A stretch of 64,000 bases of DNA from an uncultured virus (IMG/VR IMGVR_UViG_2872830528_000001) (IMGVR_UViG_2872830528_000001), one strand, 5' to 3'; counted from the first letter of the stretch, positions 19,108-28,754 are shown. Notes: generated from the sequence alone by a model not told the origin. Program-made: numbers and translations.

Positions 19108-19323
19108 CTACTCCGCAGGCAGCCGCCGCGCCAGCTCCGACGCGAGCTGGCCAGCCGCCGCACCCTTCTCAAAGTCGTCGTGGAAGCGCAACAACAGCTC
19201 GACATACAGCAACAGCTCAATCAGCCTGTGAGCCTCGGCGGCGGTGAGAAGCGGCAAGCGGGGGCCAGTCGGGTAGCTGCCGATGACGGGCTCAGAGGTA
19301 TCCACGACAAGAGCAACGCGCAC
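19108..19323 (-). CDS. Hypothetical protein
   Basis: Short ORF ending ELARRLPAE. Confidence 0.45.
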   Translation of the reverse strand: MRVALVVDTSEPVIGSYPTGPRLPLLTAAEAHRLIELLLYVELLLRFHDDFEKGAAAGQLASELARRLPAE

Positions 19324-19412
19324 GGTTGCGAACAGGCACTACTAGGACCGCCACACGATCGTGTGGCGGTCCCCCGTATGGGGCGCCACTGCACGCATGC
19401 CACGCACGATGG

Positions 19413-20177
19413 TCATGCGTCAGCCAAGCGCTCCGCTTCGTCTTCCAACTCCGCCGCTAGCGAGTCGAACAGCTCGCGCACGGACTGCAAGGACGAGTGC
19501 AGTTGCTCGCTCCTACGCTCGGACGACTCTTGAGCTAGCAACCTCACGACCTTGCTCCTCTGGAAGAAGAACTGCCGAGAGGGATCATCACGCCGTAGCA
19601 AGGCGGCTCGGACCAGCCAGTGATGCAGACGAAGACTGCTGGCATGGCGAGTTAGGCGCCGAGTCGGAGCAACCAACTCCCCAGCCCCATAGACCAGGCA
19701 CGCCTCAGGCAAGGAGCCCATATCAACCTGTCCGGAACCCTCCAGCCAAGCCATGGTCGATCGAAACAGAGGCTCGTCTTGCTCGACGGCCTCGGTGATC
19801 TCCGGCTCAACGGATTCTTCAGCAGCCTCCGCCACCGTCAGCCCGCGTGCAACCTCGGCGGGCACTTCAGCCTCGGCAGGTGTGTTCCGTGGAGTGAAGC
19901 TGATGTTGAGGTCAGCATCCAAGGCGTCCGCCAGCCGGCGCAGCAGCGGCAGCGTCGGCACGGTGCCGCCACCCTCAATACGGGAAATCGCCGGCTGCTT
20001 CATGCCCGCACGTTCCGCTAGCGCCGTCTGCGTCAGCCCCAGCTTGGTACGCAGGTCATAGACCATCTGCCCCAGCATGAATGCGAGGCGTGCATCCTGG
20101 TGGGCCTTCTCGTACTCATCCGTGTCGGCGGAAGCGAGCCGCTGGGAGCGGACTGACCTCCAACTAGTGTGGTTCAC
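19413..20177 (-). CDS. HigA-like XRE antitoxin with long C-terminal extension
   Basis: LRTKLGLTQTALAERAGMKQPAISRIEGGG HTH; directly downstream of the toxin. Confidence 0.82.
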   Translation of the reverse strand: MNHTSWRSVRSQRLASADTDEYEKAHQDARLAFMLGQMVYDLRTKLGLTQTALAERAGMKQPAISRIEGGGTVPTLPLLRRLADALDADLNISFTPRNTPAEAEVPAEVARGLTVAEAAEESVEPEITEAVEQDEPLFRSTMAWLEGSGQVDMGSLPEACLVYGAGELVAPTRRLTRHASSLRLHHWLVRAALLRRDDPSRQFFFQRSKVVRLLAQESSERRSEQLHSSLQSVRELFDSLAAELEDEAERLADA

Positions 20178-20179
20178 GC

Positions 20180-20557
20180 CTACTCTCCCTTCTTGGTCGC
20201 GCGGCTGTACTCGTGAGTGGCCTCACCTGCGTGCCGGGCCTCGCACGCGGCCTGCGCAGCGATCGCGCGGGCCACCTCGGCCTTCTCGTTCATCTTCGTC
20301 TTGCGGAAGTGCGTCAAGAGCACGATCCGTTTCCCAGGGGCCACCCAGTACGAGACCCGGTGCGCCTGCGTGCCCAGGTTGAAGCGGAGCTCCCACGTCT
20401 TGCCGCCGAGGTGCTTGCAGTACGGGCCGCGCAGGGTCTCGACCTGCTCGGCCAGCATCCCGACCGCGAAATCCACGTGAGCGTGATGCCTGTCGATGAG
20501 ACCAGTCATCCAGGAGACCACTTCGGGCTCCGCCTCCACCGCATACAGCTCCACCAT
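20180..20557 (-). CDS. RelE/HigB (Gp49-like) type II toxin
   Basis: PYCKHLGGKTWELR..RVSYW..RIVLLTHFRK..EVARA; toxin-first gene order. Confidence 0.85.
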   Translation of the reverse strand: MVELYAVEAEPEVVSWMTGLIDRHHAHVDFAVGMLAEQVETLRGPYCKHLGGKTWELRFNLGTQAHRVSYWVAPGKRIVLLTHFRKTKMNEKAEVARAIAAQAACEARHAGEATHEYSRATKKGE

Positions 20558-20564
20558 ACCTTTC

Positions 20565-20590
20565 ATGGTATATACCTCGAAAGATATACC
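20565..20590 (-). promoter_or_regulatory. TA promoter/operator with inverted repeats
   Basis: GGTATATACC palindrome; GGTATAT..ATATACC; TACCAT -10 with ATG 7 nt later. Confidence 0.6.
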
Positions 20591-20650
20591 CCAAACCTGC
20601 AGGTCACAAGCCGATCATGGCGAGACATCTGCGACCGGGTAGCACGACGA

Positions 20651-20676
20651 AGCCCGCCACCTCACGGTGGCGGGCT
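20651..20676. terminator. Intrinsic terminator after the NUDIX operon
   Basis: AGCCCGCCACC-N4-GGTGGCGGGCT. Confidence 0.75.
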
Positions 20677-20691
20677 CGTTTGCGTGCGGCG

Positions 20692-21099
20692 TCAGGCGCC
20701 AAGCGTCTCGTCGAGGTACTCCTGCACTGGCCCGAACAGCCCCCACGGCACGTAGTCGGGGATCTCGTCCAGCCGGATCCACGCGACCTCGGCCAGCTCC
20801 TCCTCGTCGGCGACCCTGGCGTCGCCACCGACGACCTCGCAGGCGACATAGGACATGTGCCGGCCGGTCTGCGGGTGCACGCGCTCACCGAGCGACCGGA
20901 CCGCCTTCACCTCCAGGTCGACCTCCTCGGCCGTCTCCCGGACCGCGGCCTGCTCGGCGGTCTCCCCGGCCTCGATGCCGCCGCCCGGGAACGCCCACAG
21001 CAGCTTCCCCTCCCGCTCCCGGCGCCTGATCATCAAGACACGGTCGTCCCTCGTGATGATGGCCGTGGAGATGCCCTGCTCAGTCGTCTGCTCGGTCAC
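20692..21099 (-). CDS. NUDIX hydrolase (pSAM2 Pif-like)
   Basis: Nudix box GGIEAGETAEQAAVRETAEEVDL; RVHPQTGR. Confidence 0.9.
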   Translation of the reverse strand: MTEQTTEQGISTAIITRDDRVLMIRRREREGKLLWAFPGGGIEAGETAEQAAVRETAEEVDLEVKAVRSLGERVHPQTGRHMSYVACEVVGGDARVADEEELAEVAWIRLDEIPDYVPWGLFGPVQEYLDETLGA

Positions 21100-21722
21100 G
21101 CCAGTGCCTCCAGGATCGGCGGGTAGATCTGCTGCTCAGGGATGAAACGGGTCAGGTCAGCGCGCGGCACCCAAGCCACGTCGCTGTTCTCGTCGGGGTC
21201 TCGATTCTCGGCCTCGCCCATCAGGTGCTCCGCGAGGAAGTAGTCGACTAGGACCCCTGTCCGGGGGTGCACGCGTTCGCCGAGCCGTTGCCGGACCGCA
21301 CACCGCACGCCGGTCTCCGCTCGGGTCTCCTCGACGGCGACCACCTCGGCCTTGCGGCCGGGCTTCACCGTGCCAGCTGGGAACTGCCAGGTGAGGGCAT
21401 CGTCGCCCCGTCGGCAGACCAGGAGCACATCGGCGCCCCTGGTTACGACCGCGACCGCCACGCGGAAAGCCTGCGCCTGAGCGGCACTTGGGGTCGGGCG
21501 GGATAAGGCGGCAAAGCGACGGATCACCGATGCGGGGGCCCTTTCGTAGGCGGTGTCGAGGAGCTGCTGGGTGTCGTTCTTCGGGATCTTGTCCGGTGCA
21601 CTGTGCCAGCTGGCCACCGTGCGGACCCCAACATCGAGGTGCTCGGCGAACTGCTCGTTGGTCATCCGGAGAGCCTGCTGCAGGGCGCACGCCGTGCGGC
21701 CAGTCCAGGTCACGACTTCCAC
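21096..21722 (-). CDS. XRE-HTH/NUDIX fusion protein
   Basis: WTG..ALQQALRMTNEQFAEHLDVGVRTVASW HTH plus GTVKPG..EETRAETGV Nudix box. Confidence 0.88.
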   Translation of the reverse strand: MEVVTWTGRTACALQQALRMTNEQFAEHLDVGVRTVASWHSAPDKIPKNDTQQLLDTAYERAPASVIRRFAALSRPTPSAAQAQAFRVAVAVVTRGADVLLVCRRGDDALTWQFPAGTVKPGRKAEVVAVEETRAETGVRCAVRQRLGERVHPRTGVLVDYFLAEHLMGEAENRDPDENSDVAWVPRADLTRFIPEQQIYPPILEALA

Positions 21723-21854
21723 TGTCCGCCCCTCGCGAGATCGAATCCGAGATCTTGCACTGTCGCTGCGCTCGCGCTGCATCGGCATCGCACTGGGCGG
21801 CCATGGCTTGAGTGCCTCCATGCCGGTTGACTTTCAGGCATGAGGAAAACGCTG

Positions 21855-22097
21855 CTACCGAGAGGCGCGCGAGATCTGCTCCGCTCGCGAGCCGGTGACC
21901 CCAAGGAGCACCCCCACCTGGTTCCAGGAGCGACCTTCGTGGAGCTCCATCACCGCGTCGGCCTTGGCCTTCTTGATGTCCGAGGCAAGGAGCTTGCCGA
22001 GCTCGTCGAGCTTCTTGAAGCGGTCGGCAGGGCCATCGGTCAGAGCGGCCAGATCGCTGATCAGCGCCGCGCGCTGCTGCTCGAGGAGTTCGGTCAT
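21855..22097 (-). CDS. Small HTH repressor (Kor-like), divergent from the transfer operon
   Basis: GRSWNQVGVLLGVTGSRAEQI HTH. Confidence 0.7.
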   Translation of the reverse strand: MTELLEQQRAALISDLAALTDGPADRFKKLDELGKLLASDIKKAKADAVMELHEGRSWNQVGVLLGVTGSRAEQISRASR

Positions 22098-22334
22098 GAG
22101 GTGAGCGTAGGGAACTTCTCGACTCGCTACAAGCTTCTGCTTGACGGGGATTCGCGAGAGCCCTACTGTCTTCCTCAGCGACAGGCTCCAAGCAAACGCT
22201 TGAAGTTGGTCATAGCCCACTCTCACCGGACCCAGTCCGCGGGCGACATCACAACAGAACAGAACGGGCCGGACACTGCGACTCTCACATCGCAGGCCGG
22301 CCCCACCACGAGGAATCTCTGAAGGGTCACCCTC

Positions 22335-22649
22335 ATGGCTACGCAGAAGTCTAGCGGCACCCGTGTGCCCGCTGCCTCGAACACCCTCACCGTCGACCGC
22401 CTCCTCTCGGCCCCGCTGTCGGAGCTGCTGGCGGAGGTAGGCGCCGAGCTGATCGACGCCCCGGCGACCGACGAGGCCCTCGGCCGGATCGAGGGCCGCC
22501 TCGGCGCCGCCCGTCTGACGATGCCGACCGGCCGCTCGGCTTTCGAGCGCGACACCGTGATCCGCATCCTCGTCGGCAAGCTGGCCGGCGCCCCGATGCG
22601 CCCGGTCCCGCCGTCGCTGGATGTCCGCACCTACGGCGGTGCGAAGTGA
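22335..22649 (+). CDS. Hypothetical protein, first gene of the transfer operon
   Basis: GC3-rich ORF after the divergent intergenic region. Confidence 0.65.
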   Translation: MATQKSSGTRVPAASNTLTVDRLLSAPLSELLAEVGAELIDAPATDEALGRIEGRLGAARLTMPTGRSAFERDTVIRILVGKLAGAPMRPVPPSLDVRTYGGAK

Positions 22650-23019
22650 CCGCCCCCGCGGTTGAGGCCGCCACCGTCCCGGCTCCGCGTCGTCTGATCG
22701 CGGTCGGCCGCAAGAAGGGCAGCGGGTCGATCGTGATGGAGTACCCGCCGATGTCCGAGGCCGACAAGGCCGCGCACGCCGCCGCCTCCTTTGTCCGCAA
22801 GGGTCGGTGATCGCCGTGTCGGACATCGCCGAGCAGCAGGCCGCCGAGGCTCTCGCCCAGCAGCGGATCCAGGCCGCCATGCAGGCTGCCGCCGACGCCG
22901 AGGCCGCTCGCCAGGCCCGGCTCGCCGCCGAAGCCCAGCGCTAGCACCCCCTCCTCTTCCGGACAGGCCGCCGTGCGGCGCGCCTGGACCGCCCCCAAGC
23001 CACAGCCAGGGAGACACCC

Positions 23020-23424
23020 ATGTCCCGCTCGGAACCCAAGGCGGAGATTGACGTCGTGGTCATCTCCTTCGGGTACGGCCACGAGGCCGCCCCCGACGCC
23101 ACGATCACCCTCGACCTGCGGCACGCGTTCCGTGACCCGCACGTCGACCCCCGGCTCCGCTACATGACCGCTGTCGACCGTCCGGTCCGCAAGGCCGTCC
23201 TGCGTACCCCGGGTATCCGGGCGCTGCTCAAGGCGACCGTGGGCCAGGTCCTCGCCTTCCGCAAGGGCCCGTCCGCCGGCCAGGTCGTCGTCGCCGTTGG
23301 ATGCGTCGGCGGCCGGCACAGGAGCGCGACGACTGCCCACTACCTCGCCCGCCGTCTGCGCCGCCGCGGCCTGTTGGTCGATGTGCAGCACAGGGACCTG
23401 GCGAAGCCGGTTCTCACCCGCTAG
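23020..23424 (+). CDS. Stand-alone RapZ C-terminal domain protein
   Basis: SFGY, DLR..FRDP, GCVGGRHRS (CX5R), HRDL. Confidence 0.85.
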   Translation: MSRSEPKAEIDVVVISFGYGHEAAPDATITLDLRHAFRDPHVDPRLRYMTAVDRPVRKAVLRTPGIRALLKATVGQVLAFRKGPSAGQVVVAVGCVGGRHRSATTAHYLARRLRRRGLLVDVQHRDLAKPVLTR

Positions 23425-23529
23425 CCCCGTCCATCCCCCTCTAGCCGCCGGGGCCGGCGGTCCATCCCCCTGCTGCCGGCCCCGGCTACCCACCCCATCC
23501 CGCACCTCTGCCACAAGGAGAGATTTGCC

Positions 23530-23742
23530 ATGTCCAAGTCCAGGCTCATCGCCGGCACGACCTACGACTGGATGGTTACCAGCCAGGTCGGCCAGATTCG
23601 GCAGGAGCACTGGGGGCACGTCCTCGGATCAGGAGAGACCGAGGACGAGCAGCTCGAGCACATCCGTCGGGTCTGCGCTGAGCGGCGGCATGTCCCCCTC
23701 TCGGAGATCCGGATCGTGAGCGCGGTCTTCACTCCGCGCTAG
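23530..23742 (+). CDS. Hypothetical protein
   Basis: AAGGAG RBS. Confidence 0.65.
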   Translation: MSKSRLIAGTTYDWMVTSQVGQIRQEHWGHVLGSGETEDEQLEHIRRVCAERRHVPLSEIRIVSAVFTPR

Positions 23743-23850
23743 CTGTGGGAGCTCCGACTTCCCCAGCCCCGGACCCGGCGTGACGCTGCCGGATCGAATC
23801 CGGCCCGGGGCACTCCACCCGGCCACCCCGCTCACCTGAAGGAGCACGCC

Positions 23851-24078
23851 ATGCCCGCTCTCGTCCTGATCCCGTCCGATGGCCCGTCCGAGCAGCTCGC
23901 CGAGGTCGAGGCGTCGGTCCGCGCCGGCGTCATCACCGACTACCTGGCCGCCCTGCGTACCGGCAGCGTCCTCGACCGGTTCGCCGCCGAGTACCTGGCC
24001 GAGCGGATCGACGAGTCCACCCCCGACGGCCCGCGGCTTCGCGACGAGCTCGACGCCCTCCGCAACCTCGCCGCCTGA
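23851..24078 (+). CDS. Hypothetical protein
   Basis: AAGGAG RBS. Confidence 0.65.
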   Translation: MPALVLIPSDGPSEQLAEVEASVRAGVITDYLAALRTGSVLDRFAAEYLAERIDESTPDGPRLRDELDALRNLAA

Positions 24079-24232
24079 TGGTCACCGCCGACCAGGCACT
24101 CGCCGCGGCCTGCGCAGGCCTCGCCGTCCTGTCGGTCAAGCAGCAGCAGGGAGACCCGGAAGCCGGCGCCCAGATCGAAGCCCTGAACGATGCCGCCGCC
24201 CTGATCGCCCGAGACATTCGAGAGGAGTCCCA

Positions 24233-24772
24233 GTGAGCAACGTGTGGCGTGACGCCCGCACGATCGCCGACCTCGGTCAGAACATGGCCGGTTGGCTGGA
24301 GGGCCGGATTTCGTCCTGGCCCGGGTACGACGGCCCGTTCGGGCAGGAGGAGACGGGTGGCGCCCGTCATCTCGTCCCCACCCTGATCGCCCTGAATCGG
24401 GCCGGGTTCGTCACCGTCGCCTCCCAGCCCGGCGAGATCGGCGGCGGCTACCGGCAGCGGGCCTGCGTCGAAGGTGTCGTCCACGACCACAGCCCGCTCC
24501 TCGACCGGCTCCTCGCCTTGCAGGACCAGGGGCTGACCGTGGTCCGCGGCTGGCCGAAGCGCCAGATCGTCCTCACCGAGGACGCCCGCCGCCCGGTCAC
24601 CACGATCGGCGGCTGGCGGATGCGCCGTAACGACATCCACGCCACGTGGCGCGGAGTGGGCAGTCAGGCACTTCGCGAGCTGAAGGAGCACGGCGCCAGG
24701 CTCCACATCATCGATACCGAATGGGGCCGCGACGACCGGCTGTGGCCCGCGCTGGCGGGAGCGGTCCGGTGA
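24233..24772 (+). CDS. DUF6919-like protein
   Basis: WLEG..PGY..ET..L..LNRAGFVT..SQPG..QRA..WGR motifs. Confidence 0.65.
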   Translation: MSNVWRDARTIADLGQNMAGWLEGRISSWPGYDGPFGQEETGGARHLVPTLIALNRAGFVTVASQPGEIGGGYRQRACVEGVVHDHSPLLDRLLALQDQGLTVVRGWPKRQIVLTEDARRPVTTIGGWRMRRNDIHATWRGVGSQALRELKEHGARLHIIDTEWGRDDRLWPALAGAVR

Positions 24773-24987
24773 GCCTCGGCTGGCTGATCGGCCTCACCCG
24801 CGCCAGGGTCTTCCTGATCTTCACCGGTCTGGCATGGCTCGTCGGCCTTCAGGTCCCGTTCCTCACCCGCCTCGCCCTCGTCCTCCTCGCCGCCGTCGCG
24901 GTCGCCTTCGACGGCTTCCTCGACAACCAGCGCACCCGCACCCCCACCCAGACCACCACCATCCCGCCGCAGCGCACCCCCGCCTAA
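24769..24987 (+). CDS. Small membrane protein (Spd-like)
   Basis: Two hydrophobic segments; upstream of the SpdB-like gene. Confidence 0.6.
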   Translation: MSLGWLIGLTRARVFLIFTGLAWLVGLQVPFLTRLALVLLAAVAVAFDGFLDNQRTRTPTQTTTIPPQRTPA

Positions 24988-25007
24988 CCCGGAAGGAAGC
25001 GATCACC

Positions 25008-26282
25008 GTGAGCATCACGCCCCTCGACAAGGTCAACGGCCACGTGCTGCCCGAGACCTCGCACGCCGAGTCGTGGGCGCGGGCCGGCATTGCAGACGCC
25101 GAAGCCGAGAAGATCCGCGCACTCACCGCCGCCGAGGTGGAAGACCGCCGGATCAAGGCCGAAGCCGAAGCCGACGCCATCCGCATCAAGGCCACCGAGG
25201 AAGCCGTGCGGCAGCGTCTCGCCAACGAGCGAGCCGCGCTCCGCTTCGAGCGAGAGAAGGCCACCGAACTCGCGAAGATCGCCGAGGCAAACCGGAAGAA
25301 GGAAGCCGAGGAACGCGCCGCAGCCGAAGAGCGAGAGCAGGCCGAAGCCGCCAAGCAAGCCGAAGCCGCCACCGCCCAGGCCGTCGAGACCGCCACCGGC
25401 CGCTGGAGGAACACCGCCAAGGGCTTCTACGCCCTGTGCGCCGCCGTCGCCCTCCCCGTCCAGATGGCCGCCTTCTACAAGCCCGACGCCAAGTACCTCC
25501 TCGTCGCCCCGGTCTTCATCGAGGTGATCGCCCTCGTCGCCCTCGTCGGCGCCGCCGCCGCAGTCACTGCCGGGCGCCCGCACTGGCACTACCGGCTCGT
25601 CGCCTGGGGCGGCGCGCTCACCGCCGCAACGATCAACATCGTGCACGGCCTGGAGGCGTTCGACCCGGCCACCGCGTTCGGTACCGCGCTCGCCTCGATC
25701 GCCGGCCCCGGCATGTGGGACCTCCACGAGCACGGCCGCATCGCCCGCCGCGACGGCACCCTCACCTGGCGGCAACGACGCGCCGAGGAGAAGGCCTGCC
25801 GCAAGGCAGCCGCCGAGAAGTCGGCTGCGGACAAGCAGGCAGCGGCTGAGCAGGAGGCCGCACGCAAGGCGGCCGAGGAGCGGGACCAGGAGTTGGCCAC
25901 CCAGCGCGAGAAGCACTTCCCGAAGGTGTGGCAGCACGCCGTCAAGCTCGCGGCCGCGCTCGGCGAGACCACCGTCACCGACGCTGTCTGGAAGCGCGCG
26001 CACAACGACATCGAAGGCACCGACCCGAGCGAGTCCGTCGACATCATCCGCGGCCGCAACGCAGCCGCCCGGCGCGTCCTCGCGGCCCGCTCCGAAGCCC
26101 CCGGCGAGAAGCCCGTCAAGGTCACGAACGCCCAGCGTGCGCCTCAAATGCCCCCTGCCCGGCACCCGGGCCCGAAGGCTCGTGCCACGCGCCGCGCCGG
26201 AGACACCCCGAAGTACGCGGCAGTCGCCCGCCGGCAGGCAGCGATCACCGCCCGCGAGGCCGCCAAGAAGGAGGAGCAGTGA
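25008..26282 (+). CDS. SpdB-like spread protein (coiled coil, ~4 TM helices, basic C-terminus)
   Basis: E/A/K/R coiled coil; hydrophobic helices FYALCAAVALPV..IEVIALVALVG..ALTAATINIVHG..TALASIAGP; coupled to traB. Confidence 0.72.
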   Translation: MSITPLDKVNGHVLPETSHAESWARAGIADAEAEKIRALTAAEVEDRRIKAEAEADAIRIKATEEAVRQRLANERAALRFEREKATELAKIAEANRKKEAEERAAAEEREQAEAAKQAEAATAQAVETATGRWRNTAKGFYALCAAVALPVQMAAFYKPDAKYLLVAPVFIEVIALVALVGAAAAVTAGRPHWHYRLVAWGGALTAATINIVHGLEAFDPATAFGTALASIAGPGMWDLHEHGRIARRDGTLTWRQRRAEEKACRKAAAEKSAADKQAAAEQEAARKAAEERDQELATQREKHFPKVWQHAVKLAAALGETTVTDAVWKRAHNDIEGTDPSESVDIIRGRNAAARRVLAARSEAPGEKPVKVTNAQRAPQMPPARHPGPKARATRRAGDTPKYAAVARRQAAITAREAAKKEEQ

Positions 26283-28309
26283 CCACCGCCACCCACGCCG
26301 AGCAGAGCGCCGAGCGGCCCACGCTCACGATCGTCAAGGACAACGGCGGCACCCCCGTCGAGGGCACGGTCGTCGAGCACCAGGGCACCGTCGTTGCCCG
26401 GCCCGCGTGGGCCGTGTCCGCCGCCGAGCGGGCCCAGCTCGCCCGGCGCCACGCCCTGACGAACTGGGGCTACCTGCCCTGGACCGCCCGCGGCTACTGG
26501 CGCCTCGCCGCCCGCTGGACCGACGGCTGGCGCGACGACTACCCGCAGATGATCCACACCGCCCGTGCCGACCTCAAGGCCGCCAAAGGCGACGCCGACT
26601 TCGAACAGAGCGCCAAGCGCACCGTGCAGCGCCTCCGCCAGGAGTACACCCACCACCGGCTTGTCTACGGCGCGAAAACCGGCGCCTGGATGGCCACCAC
26701 CGGCACCGCCAGCGCCGTCGGCGTCGCCGCCGGCGGAGTATGGACCAGCCTCCTCCTCGGCATCGCCACCGTCGCCTACGGAGCCTGGCATGGCCGGCCC
26801 GCCATCATCGCCGCCGAGGACGACCCCGGCCGCATCGAGATCCTCGCCGAGGAAGGCGCGCCGTTCCCGATCGCGGACGCCACCAGCCGCACCGAAGCCG
26901 CCGAATGTGTCCGCCGCGCCCTCGTCTCCGAAGGCATCGCGGTCGCCGAGGTCGAGGCCGGCCGCCGCTACGACTGGGGCTGGGAAATCAACGTCCGCCT
27001 CCAGAAGGGCACCCCCGCCGACCTCATCGCCAAGGCCGGCGACCTGGAAACCCCGCTCGACCTGCCCGTCGACGGCCTCCTCTGCCAGCCGCTGCGCGCC
27101 AGCCGGGCCCGCGCCACCCTCCGACTCGTCGAAGGCGACCCGTTCGTGAAGATGCCGCCCCTGCCCGACCGGGCCCCCAACAGCGGCCGTCTGCGCGACA
27201 AGGCCCTGCTCGCCCTGCGCATGGACGGCCAGCCCACCGAACTGTCGTTCCTGGGCCTGCACTTCATCGTGATCGCCTCGTCCGGCGGCGGGAAGTCCGT
27301 CACCATGCGGTCCATCGGTGACGTCCTCACTGCCTGCGAGGACGTCGTCGTCATCGACCTCGACCCGGGCGGCAACGGGCTCGAACCCCTCGCGGAAGCC
27401 GTGGGCGTGCGAGTCGTCGGTGCGGACCAGATGCACGTCATCGAAGCCGTCCTGGAGAAGCTCCTCAAGGTCGCCAAGGCGCGGGCGACACTCCTCGGCA
27501 AGCTCGGCATGGGCGACAACTGGGTCCCGTCCTGGGACTATCCGGCGATCGTCGCGCTCATCGACGAGTACCCGCAGCTGTCCCCGAAGGCCAAAGCGCT
27601 CGTCGTCGCGATCCTCCGCGTTGGGCGCAAGGCATGCGTCCAGGTCGGTCTCGCCGCCCAGGAAGCAACGAAGGACTCGATCGGCGCCGCGATCGCCGAC
27701 AGCATCGCCCTCAAGATTGTCGGTCCGGCCCGGCACCAGGACATCGTCCAGGTCTGCGGCGCCGGAGCGGGCGCCAACGGCTACAGGCCCGACCGCCTGC
27801 ACCCCGCCCAGGGCGAGGACCCGGCCGACGCCGGCAAGGCGTACATCATGGGCGCCGGCCAACGCGACCCGCTCATCCACAAGTTCATCTCCATGACCCC
27901 CGCTGAGTGCAAGGAGCGCGCGGCGGCCCGCGCCGCCGCCGGACGCCCCTGGATCGACGACATCTCCCTCAAGGCCGCCGGTGTCACCTTCGACGACCTC
28001 CACACCGTCAAGCCCCGCATCGAACTCCCCGAGGCCGTCGAACTCGCCCGGCTCGCGTTCACCGCCAACAACGACCCCGAGCGCATGACCAGCGAGGAGA
28101 TCTACGACTACGTCTCCTCCGCCTCCGAGACCTGGGCGCCGCAGGACGACGAAGAGCCGAAGCAGGCCCTCGCCCGCTTCCAGGAGGCCCTCCGCAAGCA
28201 GGCCGCCCAGCTCGACCCGCACGCCGACATGAAGACCAAGCAGTGGCGTGGAGGCCGCGGCTACTACCTCTCCACGATCGAAGCCCTCACCGCCGGATTG
28301 CTCGTCTAA
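26279..28309 (+). CDS. traB: TraB-like FtsK/SpoIIIE conjugative DNA translocase
   Basis: N-terminal TM pair; Walker A ASSGGGKS, VIDLDP, Walker B IVALIDEY, LRVGRK..AAQ; C-terminal wHTH ending RGYY. Confidence 0.85.
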   Translation: MTTATHAEQSAERPTLTIVKDNGGTPVEGTVVEHQGTVVARPAWAVSAAERAQLARRHALTNWGYLPWTARGYWRLAARWTDGWRDDYPQMIHTARADLKAAKGDADFEQSAKRTVQRLRQEYTHHRLVYGAKTGAWMATTGTASAVGVAAGGVWTSLLLGIATVAYGAWHGRPAIIAAEDDPGRIEILAEEGAPFPIADATSRTEAAECVRRALVSEGIAVAEVEAGRRYDWGWEINVRLQKGTPADLIAKAGDLETPLDLPVDGLLCQPLRASRARATLRLVEGDPFVKMPPLPDRAPNSGRLRDKALLALRMDGQPTELSFLGLHFIVIASSGGGKSVTMRSIGDVLTACEDVVVIDLDPGGNGLEPLAEAVGVRVVGADQMHVIEAVLEKLLKVAKARATLLGKLGMGDNWVPSWDYPAIVALIDEYPQLSPKAKALVVAILRVGRKACVQVGLAAQEATKDSIGAAIADSIALKIVGPARHQDIVQVCGAGAGANGYRPDRLHPAQGEDPADAGKAYIMGAGQRDPLIHKFISMTPAECKERAAARAAAGRPWIDDISLKAAGVTFDDLHTVKPRIELPEAVELARLAFTANNDPERMTSEEIYDYVSSASETWAPQDDEEPKQALARFQEALRKQAAQLDPHADMKTKQWRGGRGYYLSTIEALTAGLLV

Positions 28310-28325
28310 ACGGCCTCTGGTGGGT

Positions 28326-28445
28326 GTGACGTCGCAGGTCACGGCCGTGACGCACCCCGTGACGGGGGCGTGACGACCCCCTCCAGGCCGTGACGCGTCA
28401 CACCCCCGTCACACCCCCACACAACGCCCTGACCTGCAGCGTCAC
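28326..28445. repeat. Putative clt (cis-acting locus of transfer)
   Basis: GTGACG at 28326, 28347, 28359, 28370, 28390 and inverted CGTCAC at 28396, 28407, 28440, immediately after the traB stop. Confidence 0.75.
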
Positions 28446-28511
28446 GGGCCGTACCAGGCCGTGCCACGCCCCATATGCGAAGAACATCCCGACCTGAAAG
28501 GAGACCCCGAC

Positions 28512-28754
28512 ATGCCCCTCAAGCCCCACTACCAGCCCACCCGCGCCGACGCCGCCGAGCTCGCACGGGACGCCCAGCCCGGTGACCGGCTCTACGCCCT
28601 CAACGGCGAGTTCATCGTCACCGACGACACCAGCCCCGCCTTCGGCAGCCACCTCGTCCGGCCCATCGACGCCGCTGGCCCCGGCTCCATCACCCTCGCC
28701 CAACTCCTCGCCCGCTGCGGCGGCATCTTCACCCAGCCCCCCACCCACGCCTGA
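28512..28754 (+). CDS. Hypothetical protein
   Basis: AAGGAG RBS. Confidence 0.7.
   Translation: MPLKPHYQPTRADAAELARDAQPGDRLYALNGEFIVTDDTSPAFGSHLVRPIDAAGPGSITLAQLLARCGGIFTQPPTHA

Noticed and set aside
541..28437. Recurrent (TG)ACCTGC motif in intergenic regions (541, ~2782, ~20595, ~28430; also ~62320)
   Set aside because: Short, common in actinomycete intergenic DNA and without consistent geometry; no function can be assigned without statistics
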